DNA of 64,000 nt from the IMG/VR virus record IMGVR_UViG_3300017971_000001, positions 1 to 64,000 of that record. One strand, written 5' to 3'. This document shows, piece by piece, positions 15,025-23,725 of the stretch. Position numbers and translations under genes: made by a program. The stretch's first letter is position 1. Every line of letters begins with the position of its first letter. Below the pieces are notes generated by a model that ran no database searches, had not been told where the DNA came from, and saw only the letters and a program-made list of their open reading frames with translations.

Positions 15025-15314
15025 GCCTGACCCCCGAGCAAGCCCAGGCGCTTATGCACGCCGAGGACACCGAGCGCACCGTTGTGCCGAAGTGTGACAT
15101 GACGCGCCTGGATCTCGTCCGCGCTCAAATGGACTACTACTTCCCGGCCAACGAGTTCCCGGACGCGACGCTTCACAAGCTCGTCGCGCATTGGAAGTCC
15201 GGCGGCGCGATCGTGGCAGCGAAGAACGAGCGGGCCGGCGTGACCGATCCGTTCCTGCTCATGATCTCTTCCAGCGAAGAGCGCGAAATCGGACCGCGGG
15301 GGCAATTCAACTAA
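15021..15314 (+). CDS. Hypothetical protein
   Basis: GTGA-coupled to the phosphatase gene; TAATG-coupled to the next gene. Confidence 0.6.
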   Translation: MSLTPEQAQALMHAEDTERTVVPKCDMTRLDLVRAQMDYYFPANEFPDATLHKLVAHWKSGGAIVAAKNERAGVTDPFLLMISSSEEREIGPRGQFN

Positions 15315-15445
15315 TGGATCGTCGATTCAGAGCGGCGCAGCGCCGCGCGACCGAAGAGGGCGGAGTCGAGGCGCTGCGCGCGCTCATGGCAGAGCACCGG
15401 CGCATTCGGCGCAGGGATTCGAGATTGATTAGGAGAGTGAAATGA
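15314..15445 (+). CDS. Tiny protein consisting almost entirely of a divergent SD-R tag
   Basis: MDRRFRAAQRRATEEGGVEALRALMAEHRR; coupled at both ends. Confidence 0.45.
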   Translation: MDRRFRAAQRRATEEGGVEALRALMAEHRRIRRRDSRLIRRVK

Positions 15446-15672
15446 TTCGCAAGGGATTGATCGCTGAGACCGCGGTGATCGGACTGTCGTCCATGGCGGT
15501 CGCCATGCTTCTGCAGAAGGCCTACAAGGTGACGGGCTACTACCCACCTAACCCGGTGTTCTACTTCGCGATCGGCGCGGGCACGCACCTGGCCTACGAG
15601 GCGCTCGGCGGGAACCGCTGGTACGTCGAGACCCGCAAGGCCGCGGACATGCCCAAGGGGCTGCTAGGGTGA
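15442..15672 (+). CDS. Small membrane protein
   Basis: AGGAG RBS; two hydrophobic segments. Confidence 0.65.
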   Translation: MIRKGLIAETAVIGLSSMAVAMLLQKAYKVTGYYPPNPVFYFAIGAGTHLAYEALGGNRWYVETRKAADMPKGLLG

Positions 15673-16172
15673 GCGACGAGCGCTTTCGCGAGCTCGAGCG
15701 CGCCGCCGCGGCGGGCGACCCGGACGCCCTGGGGGAATATGTCTCTCAGGCGGTGTCTCGAGGCCTGCCGGTAGACCCGGCGGCGATTCTGCCGCTGATC
15801 CGTGGGGCGACGGTCTACGCGCTAGTAGAGCACGAGCTCGAAGAAGAATTCGATCCGGCCAGGGTCACGGTATACGCCACAAGAGAAGAGGCGCGTGCCG
15901 AGGCCGATAGATTGCTCATTAACAGCGCAGTGGAAATTCTTGAAAGAGAGGGGTTCCCCGGTGGAGAGAATTGGGACAAATACCTTGAAGTGGCCTTTGA
16001 GGGGGATTTCGAGGTAGTTGACAGGGTCTGCGAAGTGATCCCTCGTTTCGGCTGGGACGAAGACGGAAACTTTCTTTATTCAAAGAGCGACGTTTTGCGA
16101 CTTGAGCTTATAGAGCTTGTCGAGTTTGAGCTCGGCCGTTTCTACGAGATCCAGGAAACGAGATTCCAATGA
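15669..16172 (+). CDS. SD-R-tag protein with acidic domain
   Basis: MSDERFRELERAAAAGDPDA N-terminus. Confidence 0.75.
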   Translation: MSDERFRELERAAAAGDPDALGEYVSQAVSRGLPVDPAAILPLIRGATVYALVEHELEEEFDPARVTVYATREEARAEADRLLINSAVEILEREGFPGGENWDKYLEVAFEGDFEVVDRVCEVIPRFGWDEDGNFLYSKSDVLRLELIELVEFELGRFYEIQETRFQ

Positions 16173-16453
16173 TCGTCCGGCGTCGAGTCGTTACCTGCGG
16201 ACCCGAGGCCCTGCTCGAGTCTCTGGACCGTGGGAACCGGGTGGTCGAGCGCCAGGTGATCTCGGATCACGAGGCGCGCCAGCTGGTCGAAGAGGGCATG
16301 GTGAGCGACCTGGGCATGATCCACCCTCTGCACCCCATGCACCCGCACCGTAATGGCGTTCCGGCCATGCACGGCCTGGGCGAGTCCGAGGACTACACGC
16401 CCGTCTGGATCATGGGCGCGCTGGGCTTGGCGGTTCTTTACCTGCTCAGCTAG
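16169..16453 (+). CDS. Small C-terminally anchored membrane protein
   Basis: MHGLG followed by the hydrophobic tail VWIMGALGLAVLYLLS. Confidence 0.6.
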   Translation: MIVRRRVVTCGPEALLESLDRGNRVVERQVISDHEARQLVEEGMVSDLGMIHPLHPMHPHRNGVPAMHGLGESEDYTPVWIMGALGLAVLYLLS

Positions 16454-16481
16454 GCCTCGTTGCGGGGCCGGGCGGATCGCG

Positions 16482-16496
16482 TACGCTGGAAGTATG
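16482..16496 (+). promoter_or_regulatory. Leaderless-type -10 element TACGCT-ggaagt-ATG
   Basis: TAnnnT exactly 6 nt before ATG; geometry recurs at eight gene starts. Confidence 0.55.
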
Positions 16497-17075
16497 TCCC
16501 TGCGAGCGCTCGATCCCTACGTTTACAAGGCTCACGTCCAGCGGGTCGTAGACGGCGACACCGTTAAGCTGAACCTGGACATGGGGTTCGGTGATTGGAA
16601 GCTCGCGACCAAGGGGCCACTGACCCGTAAGGAGGGGCCATACCCTCAAGGCGTCTATCGCCTGAACGGGATCAACACGCCAGAAATGCGTGAGAAGGGT
16701 GGCGCGGAGGCCAAGTCCCGCGTCGAGCAGCTGCTCGCCCTGGGAGAGGACCCTGAGTCCTGCTTGATCCGAACGACCAAGCACGGCAAGTTCCGCTTTC
16801 TGGCTGACCTCTACGTCACCCTGGCGGACAACGAAGACGACTACGACAAGGACGACGAGCGCCCTCACTGGCTGACGGAGAGCGAGCTCCGTGAGCTACT
16901 CGCTCAGACAAAGGATAGCTTCAGCGACGACGCGCCGCGCTCCACGATCCGGTCCCTGGTGACCGAGGTCCTCGAGCTCCGCAAGCAACTCGCCGGAGGT
17001 AACGTCCTGCACGTCAATCAGCAACTGATCGACGAGGGATACGCCAAGCCCTACTTCGGCGGCAAGAAGGCCTAG
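16494..17075 (+). CDS. Thermonuclease (SNase-like) with an internal insertion
   Basis: VQRVVDGDTV, YRLNGINTPE, KHGKFRFLADLY, VNQQLIDEGYAKPY. Confidence 0.88.
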   Translation: MSLRALDPYVYKAHVQRVVDGDTVKLNLDMGFGDWKLATKGPLTRKEGPYPQGVYRLNGINTPEMREKGGAEAKSRVEQLLALGEDPESCLIRTTKHGKFRFLADLYVTLADNEDDYDKDDERPHWLTESELRELLAQTKDSFSDDAPRSTIRSLVTEVLELRKQLAGGNVLHVNQQLIDEGYAKPYFGGKKA

Positions 17076-17076
17076 C

Positions 17077-17328
17077 ATGATCACGGACCGCGCTGCTTTC
17101 TTCCTGGGTGCTGGAATCATGGGAGTTGGATCCGGCCTGGGAATTGGTGGGACCGCCCCCAACAAGTGGGCGCTGCTGCTCGGGGTAGGATCGCTGCTGT
17201 ATGCGAACGAACTCTACCCCCTGGTGGACTGGAAGACTCGCCCCGAGCTCAGCGAGAACCTTCCTTCTCTACCTGATCTCCCTTCGGTGCCGAATTTCAG
17301 GAGCGCGACTTCGACGTTCCTGCGTTGA
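17077..17328 (+). CDS. Small membrane protein
   Basis: Two Gly-rich hydrophobic segments. Confidence 0.55.
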   Translation: MITDRAAFFLGAGIMGVGSGLGIGGTAPNKWALLLGVGSLLYANELYPLVDWKTRPELSENLPSLPDLPSVPNFRSATSTFLR

Positions 17329-17368
17329 TCGGTGCCATGTCTCGCGTCCTCTCGACAAGGAGGAAGTC

Positions 17369-17563
17369 ATGCCCGCGGCGAAGCCCCAGGAAGATCGCTA
17401 CTTCGAGCAACGGAGTCAGCAGTTGGACCTCGTCCTGCGCAAGATCAACAAGATCGGCCTCCACTGCCTACCACGTGCTGACTTGGCCTTCCTCGAGCGC
17501 GTCTCAGGAGAACTCCGACATGAACTCGGCCTCTCTCGCTTCGAGGACCTGGACGTCGCGTAG
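17369..17563 (+). CDS. Small protein resembling DUF6576 (rhomboid C-terminal helical domain)
   Basis: AAGGAGG RBS; LDLVLRKINKIGLHCLPRADLAFL. Confidence 0.5.
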   Translation: MPAAKPQEDRYFEQRSQQLDLVLRKINKIGLHCLPRADLAFLERVSGELRHELGLSRFEDLDVA

Positions 17564-17969
17564 ATTCACGCTGATCGAGCTCATGGTCGTGATCGCGATC
17601 GTCGCCCTGCTGCTGGCGATCGCGGTGCCAGGCATGCTTCACTTCCGCCAGACAGCGAACGAGTCCGCGGCCATGGAGTACATGCGCCAGTGGCACCAGG
17701 CGCAAGAGCGCTACCGCATGAAGCACAGCGTCTACGCCACGAGCGACGAAGCTCTGATCAGCGAGGGTCTGATCAGCAAGAAGAGCGCGGCCGGCAACGG
17801 CTACACGTTCGCGATCGACAACGCGGACAACAAGTACGTCTGGTCGGGCCGGGCGACTCCGCAGGTAGAAGGTCAGCGGCACTTCTATATCGACATGACC
17901 GGAGTGGTCCGTCACTCGACCGGCAGCCCGGCGGACGCGAGCAGCCCGCCAGTCCAGAGCAACAACTAG
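17520..17969 (+). CDS. Type IV pilin-like protein
   Basis: AGGAG RBS 9 nt upstream; FTLIELMVVIAIVALLLAIAVP N-methylation helix with E5; residue -1 is Arg rather than Gly. Confidence 0.85.
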   Translation: MNSASLASRTWTSRRFTLIELMVVIAIVALLLAIAVPGMLHFRQTANESAAMEYMRQWHQAQERYRMKHSVYATSDEALISEGLISKKSAAGNGYTFAIDNADNKYVWSGRATPQVEGQRHFYIDMTGVVRHSTGSPADASSPPVQSNN

Positions 17970-18994
17970 TAGCGGTCCCAGCCCTCGAGGTATCCGCCGC
18001 GGGCCCCGTGCCTCCCAGGGTCATTGAGGGGCACAGGCAAGTCCTCGAGCTCCGCCCAGTAACCTTCTGCTTCGTAGAGCCAGGCCTGCGCCGCGTCCTG
18101 GCCAGCGAAGTCCGCTCGCCACTTGCTGGGGTAAGGTCCGTCCGGCGGCAGTTGGTGCATGTAGCCGGTGTTGTCGATCAGAATGTTCAGATACCAGCCG
18201 TTGAAGTGCGGCGAGCTTTGCCAGTAGACGATCGCCTCTTCTCCGTCGCCGAGCGCGTAGGCCTCGTCGAGGTCAATGCGATCAGGGATCGGCTCGTTGA
18301 TCGGCTTGCCGACTCGCTCGCAAACCCGCGAGCAGAATCCGCGCCATGCTGGCGAGTCATGTTCGGGATTCTCAGGAAGTTCGACGCCGCACGCATAGCA
18401 GACCGAGTCGTCGTAGGGCTGCTCTTGGTCCGAGGAAGGGTTGAGCTCGATCCGGCGCGTTGTGTCACCGAACAGCAGCCAGTCGGCCATGGTGCTGTTG
18501 ACTTCCTGCTCCATTCGTCTGGCTCTGCGCTTGCTTTCTTCCTCTCGTGCCTTCGGAGTTCTCGGCCGTTCTGAGGTCGAGTTCGCGGCGGCGTCGATTG
18601 CCGTTTCGACGATTTGGGCGAGAACGTAACGAGGATCGGGGCCCCATTCTTCCTGCATGACCAAATCAAGTCGACTGTGGGCCATGTTCCCATAGAACGC
18701 AGCTGAGAGCTCTGGCAGGTTCCGGCGAGCGTAATCGATCAGCAGGTCGGTGTATTGGATTGCGTAGTCCGGCGACCTAGAGATCTGCAGGAAGTCGTCC
18801 GCCCATTGCCGCTTCTCGGAGTACTTGGCTCCGTAGAACTTCCCTGCCGACTGTTCGAGGAACTCGGCCAGCGCCAGGTCGCGCCGGTCGAGCTCGCCGG
18901 TGCGGAGTCGCTCTCGGATCAAGCGCTCGCGTTCTTCGGGGTCGCCGCTGCGCCGGACCCGGCGACGAGAGGCGTCTGGGTTCCGACGAATCAT
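17966..18994 (-). CDS. Tag-family protein (RRNP variant) with CxxC...CxxxC
   Basis: MIRRNPDASRRRVRRSGDPEERERLIRERLRTGEL. Confidence 0.7.
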   Translation of the reverse strand: MIRRNPDASRRRVRRSGDPEERERLIRERLRTGELDRRDLALAEFLEQSAGKFYGAKYSEKRQWADDFLQISRSPDYAIQYTDLLIDYARRNLPELSAAFYGNMAHSRLDLVMQEEWGPDPRYVLAQIVETAIDAAANSTSERPRTPKAREEESKRRARRMEQEVNSTMADWLLFGDTTRRIELNPSSDQEQPYDDSVCYACGVELPENPEHDSPAWRGFCSRVCERVGKPINEPIPDRIDLDEAYALGDGEEAIVYWQSSPHFNGWYLNILIDNTGYMHQLPPDGPYPSKWRADFAGQDAAQAWLYEAEGYWAELEDLPVPLNDPGRHGARGGYLEGWDRY

Positions 18995-19506
18995 GAGATT
19001 AGCCCGTGCTCCTCAATGTCCACTGAGAGGCTGGAGAGCTCGTAGCTCCCGTTGAAGATTTCGATCGCGTCTTCGTAGCGTTCTTGTTCGATCGCGAGCT
19101 CCACCTGAAGGCGCTGAGGGTCGTCCTCAGGAATCAAGTTCTCGTCGAGCTCGTTGTCGATCCATTCGACCGCTTCCCGGAGCGCGGCCCAGCGGTTCGT
19201 GAAGACGCCATGAAGCGTGTGGTTGGCAACGGTCCCGTCTCCGTCGTCTTCAATGTGGAGCACGTAGACCACGGGGAATGTACCGGTCCCCACCTGGCGC
19301 GCGATATGCCTTAGGTCGTACCTGAAGAGTTCGTGCAGGAGGCGGTTGACGGTCCCGGGCTCAAGGGTTCCCTCGCTGGCCAGCACGAGCTCCGCTGCGT
19401 CTTCGTAGACGCCTCGCCGCGCGCGCTCCTGGTGCAGCGCTTCGCGCTCGTTCAGCCCGCCTTCGATCGCGGCTCGCTCGAGCTCTCGCAGTCGTTCGTC
19501 GCTCAT
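18991..19506 (-). CDS. SD-R-tag protein, acidic
   Basis: MSDERLRELERAAIEGG. Confidence 0.75.
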   Translation of the reverse strand: MSDERLRELERAAIEGGLNEREALHQERARRGVYEDAAELVLASEGTLEPGTVNRLLHELFRYDLRHIARQVGTGTFPVVYVLHIEDDGDGTVANHTLHGVFTNRWAALREAVEWIDNELDENLIPEDDPQRLQVELAIEQERYEDAIEIFNGSYELSSLSVDIEEHGLIS

Positions 19507-19509
19507 GAC

Positions 19510-19710
19510 TCAAGTCTCCCACGGATTCGGCCTGCGGTCCGGCTGGCGCCGCTGGCGGTCTTGATCCGCTCGGTCCCTTCGCTCGACGTAGCAATGACAG
19601 CACTCACCGAAGCGTCCGTTCTTGGTGACCTGATACCAGATCACATGACTTCCACGTCTTCCGCAGCCGTTCGCACAGATTGGAAAAAACGTATCGGCAG
19701 GAAGGGTCAC
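19510..19710 (-). CDS. Small Cys-rich protein
   Basis: CANGC and CCHC; coupled to the upstream gene. Confidence 0.55.
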   Translation of the reverse strand: MTLPADTFFPICANGCGRRGSHVIWYQVTKNGRFGECCHCYVERRDRADQDRQRRQPDRRPNPWET

Positions 19711-20600
19711 ACGGGCGGCACAATCCCGCCGGAGGCGAAGGGGGCGAGTTCGTTAAGCATGGCCCGGCGGACGCGGCGGCGAGCCTGGCGGATAACCTTG
19801 TCGCTTCGGTAGTAGCCCTTCGTTTCGGTGTACGAGCGCGCTTCGATCGCTTCGTTGATCACCATGAGCAACTTCGACTGCAGGTCGCTCCTGTCGTTCA
19901 GCGTCAGCGCCAATCGAATGAATACGGCCATACAAACGGGCACGAGCGGGCTCGTCTGCCCTGCGGGCAGCGCTATGCGGGTCCTCCACCAATCGCCGTC
20001 CCCCCAGGCTGGCACGAGGCCAAGCGAGGGCGCGAGGCTCGTCGCTTCACGCAGTAGGACTCGGACGTCCCGGCGGAGGTCTTCCCCGCCGCTGAAATTC
20101 CACATTGCCGTGCAGCGGGCGTGAACTGCTCCGCCGAATTCAGCCCAGCGCTCTTCCCCTTGAGTCATGTAGCGACTCAGAAGTCGGTCGGCGGCGTGGA
20201 CGATCCGACGCGGAAGTCCGAGCTCTTGCTCGGTGTCGATTCGAATGTAATCAACGCCCCAGATCTCGTCCTGCGACTCCCAGATCTCGAGCGTATCCCG
20301 CGCCGCTGCTTTCGCCATGCAGAACGCCAGCGGACCGCAGAAGCCAAAGGCTCCCTTGGTGACCGTAAGACGCGTAGCCCACTTGAGGCCTTCTTGCTTC
20401 AGGATCGAGCGGGCCGCAGGGTCCTCGAGGTGGCCGAGTAGCTTGATCACTTGCCACGCCATGCCCAGGTCGCCGCGCTTCCCTTCAACACGTCCGAGTT
20501 CCCCGCGACGCAGCGCTTCCAGCATGAGCGCCTCTCGGATCGCCGGGTCGCGCCCTTCTTCGTATTCGCGCTGTAGCTCTCTGATCTGTTCGTCGCGCAC
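19707..20600 (-). CDS. SD-R-tag protein
   Basis: MRDEQIRELQREYEEGRDPAIREALMLEALRRGEL. Confidence 0.7.
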   Translation of the reverse strand: MRDEQIRELQREYEEGRDPAIREALMLEALRRGELGRVEGKRGDLGMAWQVIKLLGHLEDPAARSILKQEGLKWATRLTVTKGAFGFCGPLAFCMAKAAARDTLEIWESQDEIWGVDYIRIDTEQELGLPRRIVHAADRLLSRYMTQGEERWAEFGGAVHARCTAMWNFSGGEDLRRDVRVLLREATSLAPSLGLVPAWGDGDWWRTRIALPAGQTSPLVPVCMAVFIRLALTLNDRSDLQSKLLMVINEAIEARSYTETKGYYRSDKVIRQARRRVRRAMLNELAPFASGGIVPPV

Positions 20601-20602
20601 GG

Positions 20603-21301
20603 CTAACCTCTGCTCCGCCAGGTTAGATAGTGAATGGGGTCCTCCTCGAATCCAGAGCTCAAGAGTCCTGCGAAGTCGCCGGCGCTTTCCGCAAGTTCCT
20701 GCACGGTTTTCACGTGCTGCTCCGCTGCCTCCCTTTGCGCGGATACGAACGCGTCCGCCACGATCTCGAAGGTGTCTTCGTCACGCTCTCCGTCTTCGCC
20801 GATTGCCCAGATCGCGGTCTCCATTCGCTCGAAGCTGTAAGGGGGTCGATAGACGCTTCCGTGAAGGGCTTTGACCGCAATGGTGTTGACGACCCACGAT
20901 TCAGCGTCGTGGAAGTTGACCGTTGTCCGGACAGCCGGAAAGGTCATGAAGCCCTCCTCCATGAGGGCGTATTGCACGCTGAACATGAGCACGATCAAGT
21001 CGACGTTCAGCGGGTCCAGCCTTAGTGCCTGCCGCATGGTTCGGTGGGCCTGAACGAACAGGCGATCGGCTTGATCTCTATCTCCACCCCATTCCAGGTT
21101 CCGCGGCCCGCTGCCGCTACCCCATTCCAGATTCCGCTCAATCGAGCGCGCGAGCTCGAGTTCAAGCCATGAGAGCCTGCCGAGCTCCTCTGCTGTTGCG
21201 TCCTGGGTCCGATCGCGCCGGTCACGCAGATAGGCCAACTCGGCGTCCGGGTCACCTGCTTGCGCGGCTCGGTGAAGCTCTCGTTGCCGACGATCGCTCA
21301 T
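20603..21301 (-). CDS. SD-R-tag protein
   Basis: ATGA-coupled start; MSDRRQRELHRAAQAGDPDA. Confidence 0.75.
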   Translation of the reverse strand: MSDRRQRELHRAAQAGDPDAELAYLRDRRDRTQDATAEELGRLSWLELELARSIERNLEWGSGSGPRNLEWGGDRDQADRLFVQAHRTMRQALRLDPLNVDLIVLMFSVQYALMEEGFMTFPAVRTTVNFHDAESWVVNTIAVKALHGSVYRPPYSFERMETAIWAIGEDGERDEDTFEIVADAFVSAQREAAEQHVKTVQELAESAGDFAGLLSSGFEEDPIHYLTWRSRG

Positions 21302-22080
21302 GCCAACTCCAGCAGCCAGGGAATGAGGGTCTGGCGCATGGGCCGAAGAGTGAGTTCGAGCGAGTCCTCCTCGCTGTAACCGCCCTCCATGTTGTATGAC
21401 TCGTAGGTGTTCACCAGGAATCGATTGAACCCGTCGAAGCGCACGTCGCGGCCTCGTGAAACCTCGTAGGTGTCCCGAGCGCACGCGATCAGCCAGATCA
21501 ACGGACGCTGGATCGCAAAGAAGCTCTCGGCGTAGTCGACCCGCCGAGCTTCGGCTGAAGGGTCGTGAATGACCATGTCGCCAATGTCCTGGCCGAGGAG
21601 TCGAACGCGATCGCGGTGATACCTCTGTTCGATCGCGGTGACCTCCCATGGGCTTGAGACAGGCTGACCCGGACGTGCTGCACGCCGCGCCGCCACGACG
21701 ACGCTATCTGGAACGTCGTCGCCGAATCTGAGCCACGGCTCTTTAGCCTCAGCGACCGGAGCCCAAAAGTAGTCGACCAGGGCGGCGCAGGAGTTTGCGC
21801 ACGCCTCCAGCATGCGCTTCATGAACTGAACGTCGCTGGTCCCCAGGCCCTGCATTTCGAAGTAGAGGGCGGCAGTGATCCCCGAGAGCATGTCTCTTGG
21901 CTCGAGGTTCGGCAGGCCGCGAATCTCGACGAGGGCTGGTTCGAGCAGATTCCAGAGCACGGCGATCCGGGTGTTGGAGTAGATCCCCTGCCGCAGCGCT
22001 TCGGCCATGTAGGCGCGCTGGACGTCCGGGTCGCCCTCCAGATACAGGCGGCCGAGCTCTCGGAGTCTGCGGTCGCTCAC
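21298..22080 (-). CDS. SD-R-tag protein
   Basis: GTGA-coupled start; MSDRRLRELGRLYLEGDPDV. Confidence 0.75.
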   Translation of the reverse strand: MSDRRLRELGRLYLEGDPDVQRAYMAEALRQGIYSNTRIAVLWNLLEPALVEIRGLPNLEPRDMLSGITAALYFEMQGLGTSDVQFMKRMLEACANSCAALVDYFWAPVAEAKEPWLRFGDDVPDSVVVAARRAARPGQPVSSPWEVTAIEQRYHRDRVRLLGQDIGDMVIHDPSAEARRVDYAESFFAIQRPLIWLIACARDTYEVSRGRDVRFDGFNRFLVNTYESYNMEGGYSEEDSLELTLRPMRQTLIPWLLELA

Positions 22081-23243
22081 TGTCTGGGCCCCCTCTCGCG
22101 AAGATTGAACGGATCCTCGCTCTTGTGGCGGGCGACCCAGTAACGACCCGCGGACCATTTGAGCGCCTTGTGCCACGGGTCGTTCATGTAGTCGGCGTGA
22201 CCGTCAGCGTCCTTGCGGTCGAAGTCGACGAGGTTTTGAGCCAGGTCCATGACCCGCAAGACCTCTCCGTCCTCTCCAGCGCGCGTCCAGTAGTTCACGA
22301 GCTCGTAGTAGGCCTCAATGTCCCCCTCGGCCGCAGCGCGCTCGAGCTCCAGGGCGCGCTCGTCGCTTGGGTTCAGCCTGGGGTTGATTCCCAGGTCAAA
22401 CTTGAAGTCCGACGCTCGATCCAGAAGCTTTCGCGGGTCTTCTTCTGAAGCGAGCATGTTAGCCTTGCTCGCTGCGTTGGGAGAGACGTCTACAGCAATG
22501 GGTTGGAGCATGGCCGCGGCGACGCTGATCAGTTCGTTGGCCTGCTTCAGGTTGTTTGCGCGGGCTGCACTCAGAGCAGTGTCGAGTACGGCCAGGGGTT
22601 TCTTGCTGATCCGAGGGGGCGGAGCCCATGGGGGGTCGCCGGGCCCGGGTGGAGGGGCCTCGGGAGGCTCGACCTCGAACTCTTGCCGCTCCCAGCGCGC
22701 AAGTATGCCATTGGACCAGTCAAGTAGCCTGACGGCGTTGAGTAGCCGTGAAGACGCCTCTTCGTAGTCTCCGCGAAGAATGGCGCCTCGGGCCCAGACC
22801 ATGTCAATAAGCGCGTCTTCGATCGCGTCTCGCGGCCAGCCGGCGTAGTCGTCAAGATCTGACAGCGGATTCCCTTTCCATTTCGGATCGTCGTGCCAGG
22901 GGCCGTAATGCCCTGACTGCATTGCCTTGCGCCGCGCCTCGCGTTCGGTGTATTCGACGGCGTTGCTGACCTGGCCCATGCGGCGGTAGAGCTCTGCCGG
23001 CATGCGAATGTCTCGACCGACGGCCCGATCGACCGCGAAGCGGACGGGATACTGCCTGCCGCCAGGTCCGGGCACGAACATGTCGAATTCGATCCAGGCG
23101 TGCGCGTAAGGGATTCCTTCGATCTCTCCTTGCCCGATCACGGTTCCGTGAACGAGTCGGGCTGTGTCGTTGCCGGCGAACTCGCCCATAGGGAAGGCGA
23201 TCTCGTTCAGCGAGACCTCGAAGCAGTCGCCGAGGTCGCTCAT
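22077..23243 (-). CDS. Modular protein: Cys-His-Asp (papain/transglutaminase-like) domain, NP, helical domain, NP, SD-R tag
   Basis: GDCFE...LVHG...HAWIE...AVD...GHYGPW; WKGNP; LNPSDERALELERAAAEGD. Confidence 0.7.
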   Translation of the reverse strand: MSDLGDCFEVSLNEIAFPMGEFAGNDTARLVHGTVIGQGEIEGIPYAHAWIEFDMFVPGPGGRQYPVRFAVDRAVGRDIRMPAELYRRMGQVSNAVEYTEREARRKAMQSGHYGPWHDDPKWKGNPLSDLDDYAGWPRDAIEDALIDMVWARGAILRGDYEEASSRLLNAVRLLDWSNGILARWERQEFEVEPPEAPPPGPGDPPWAPPPRISKKPLAVLDTALSAARANNLKQANELISVAAAMLQPIAVDVSPNAASKANMLASEEDPRKLLDRASDFKFDLGINPRLNPSDERALELERAAAEGDIEAYYELVNYWTRAGEDGEVLRVMDLAQNLVDFDRKDADGHADYMNDPWHKALKWSAGRYWVARHKSEDPFNLRERGPRQ

Positions 23244-23725
23244 GGGAATCGCTCTCGTCCAAAGCCGCCCAGGTCGCGCCGGACCTGGTCGGGAAGCACT
23301 TCGCCCACGCTGCCGCGGAGCGTTCGCTGCAAGCCCTCTGCGTCTTCGTAGAGCACCATGGCAGTCGTCGGGGTCTCGTTGTGGTCCATGCCTGAGTCCC
23401 AGAACCGGAACAGCGCGTATTGCAGGACCGGCGCCCCGGCGGCGCGCGAGAACATAGCGAGCTCGCTGTGCGGGACGACTCCGTATTCTCCCAGCGAGGA
23501 CAGGTGGATCCGAATGAAGTCTCCGGATCCCGCGGAAGCCGAGATCAGCTGAACGTCTCGCTCCAGGCGGTTCAGCGGCCGCGGCGGGAGGAGTCCGCGG
23601 ACGCGCGCGATCTCGAGTTCTCGTTCGGCCTCAGCGTCTCCCGAAGCCGCGGCGCGCTGAAGGCGCTGCAGGCGCTCGTCAGCGTTTCTTCGAACGCTTC
23701 TTCGTTGCCTTCTTCTTGGTCGCAC
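23240..23725 (-). CDS. Tag-family protein; start uncertain and overlapping the upstream gene tail
   Basis: GTG-RPRRRQRRSVRRNADERLQRLQRAAASGDAEA. Confidence 0.55.
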   Translation of the reverse strand: MRPRRRQRRSVRRNADERLQRLQRAAASGDAEAERELEIARVRGLLPPRPLNRLERDVQLISASAGSGDFIRIHLSSLGEYGVVPHSELAMFSRAAGAPVLQYALFRFWDSGMDHNETPTTAMVLYEDAEGLQRTLRGSVGEVLPDQVRRDLGGFGRERFP

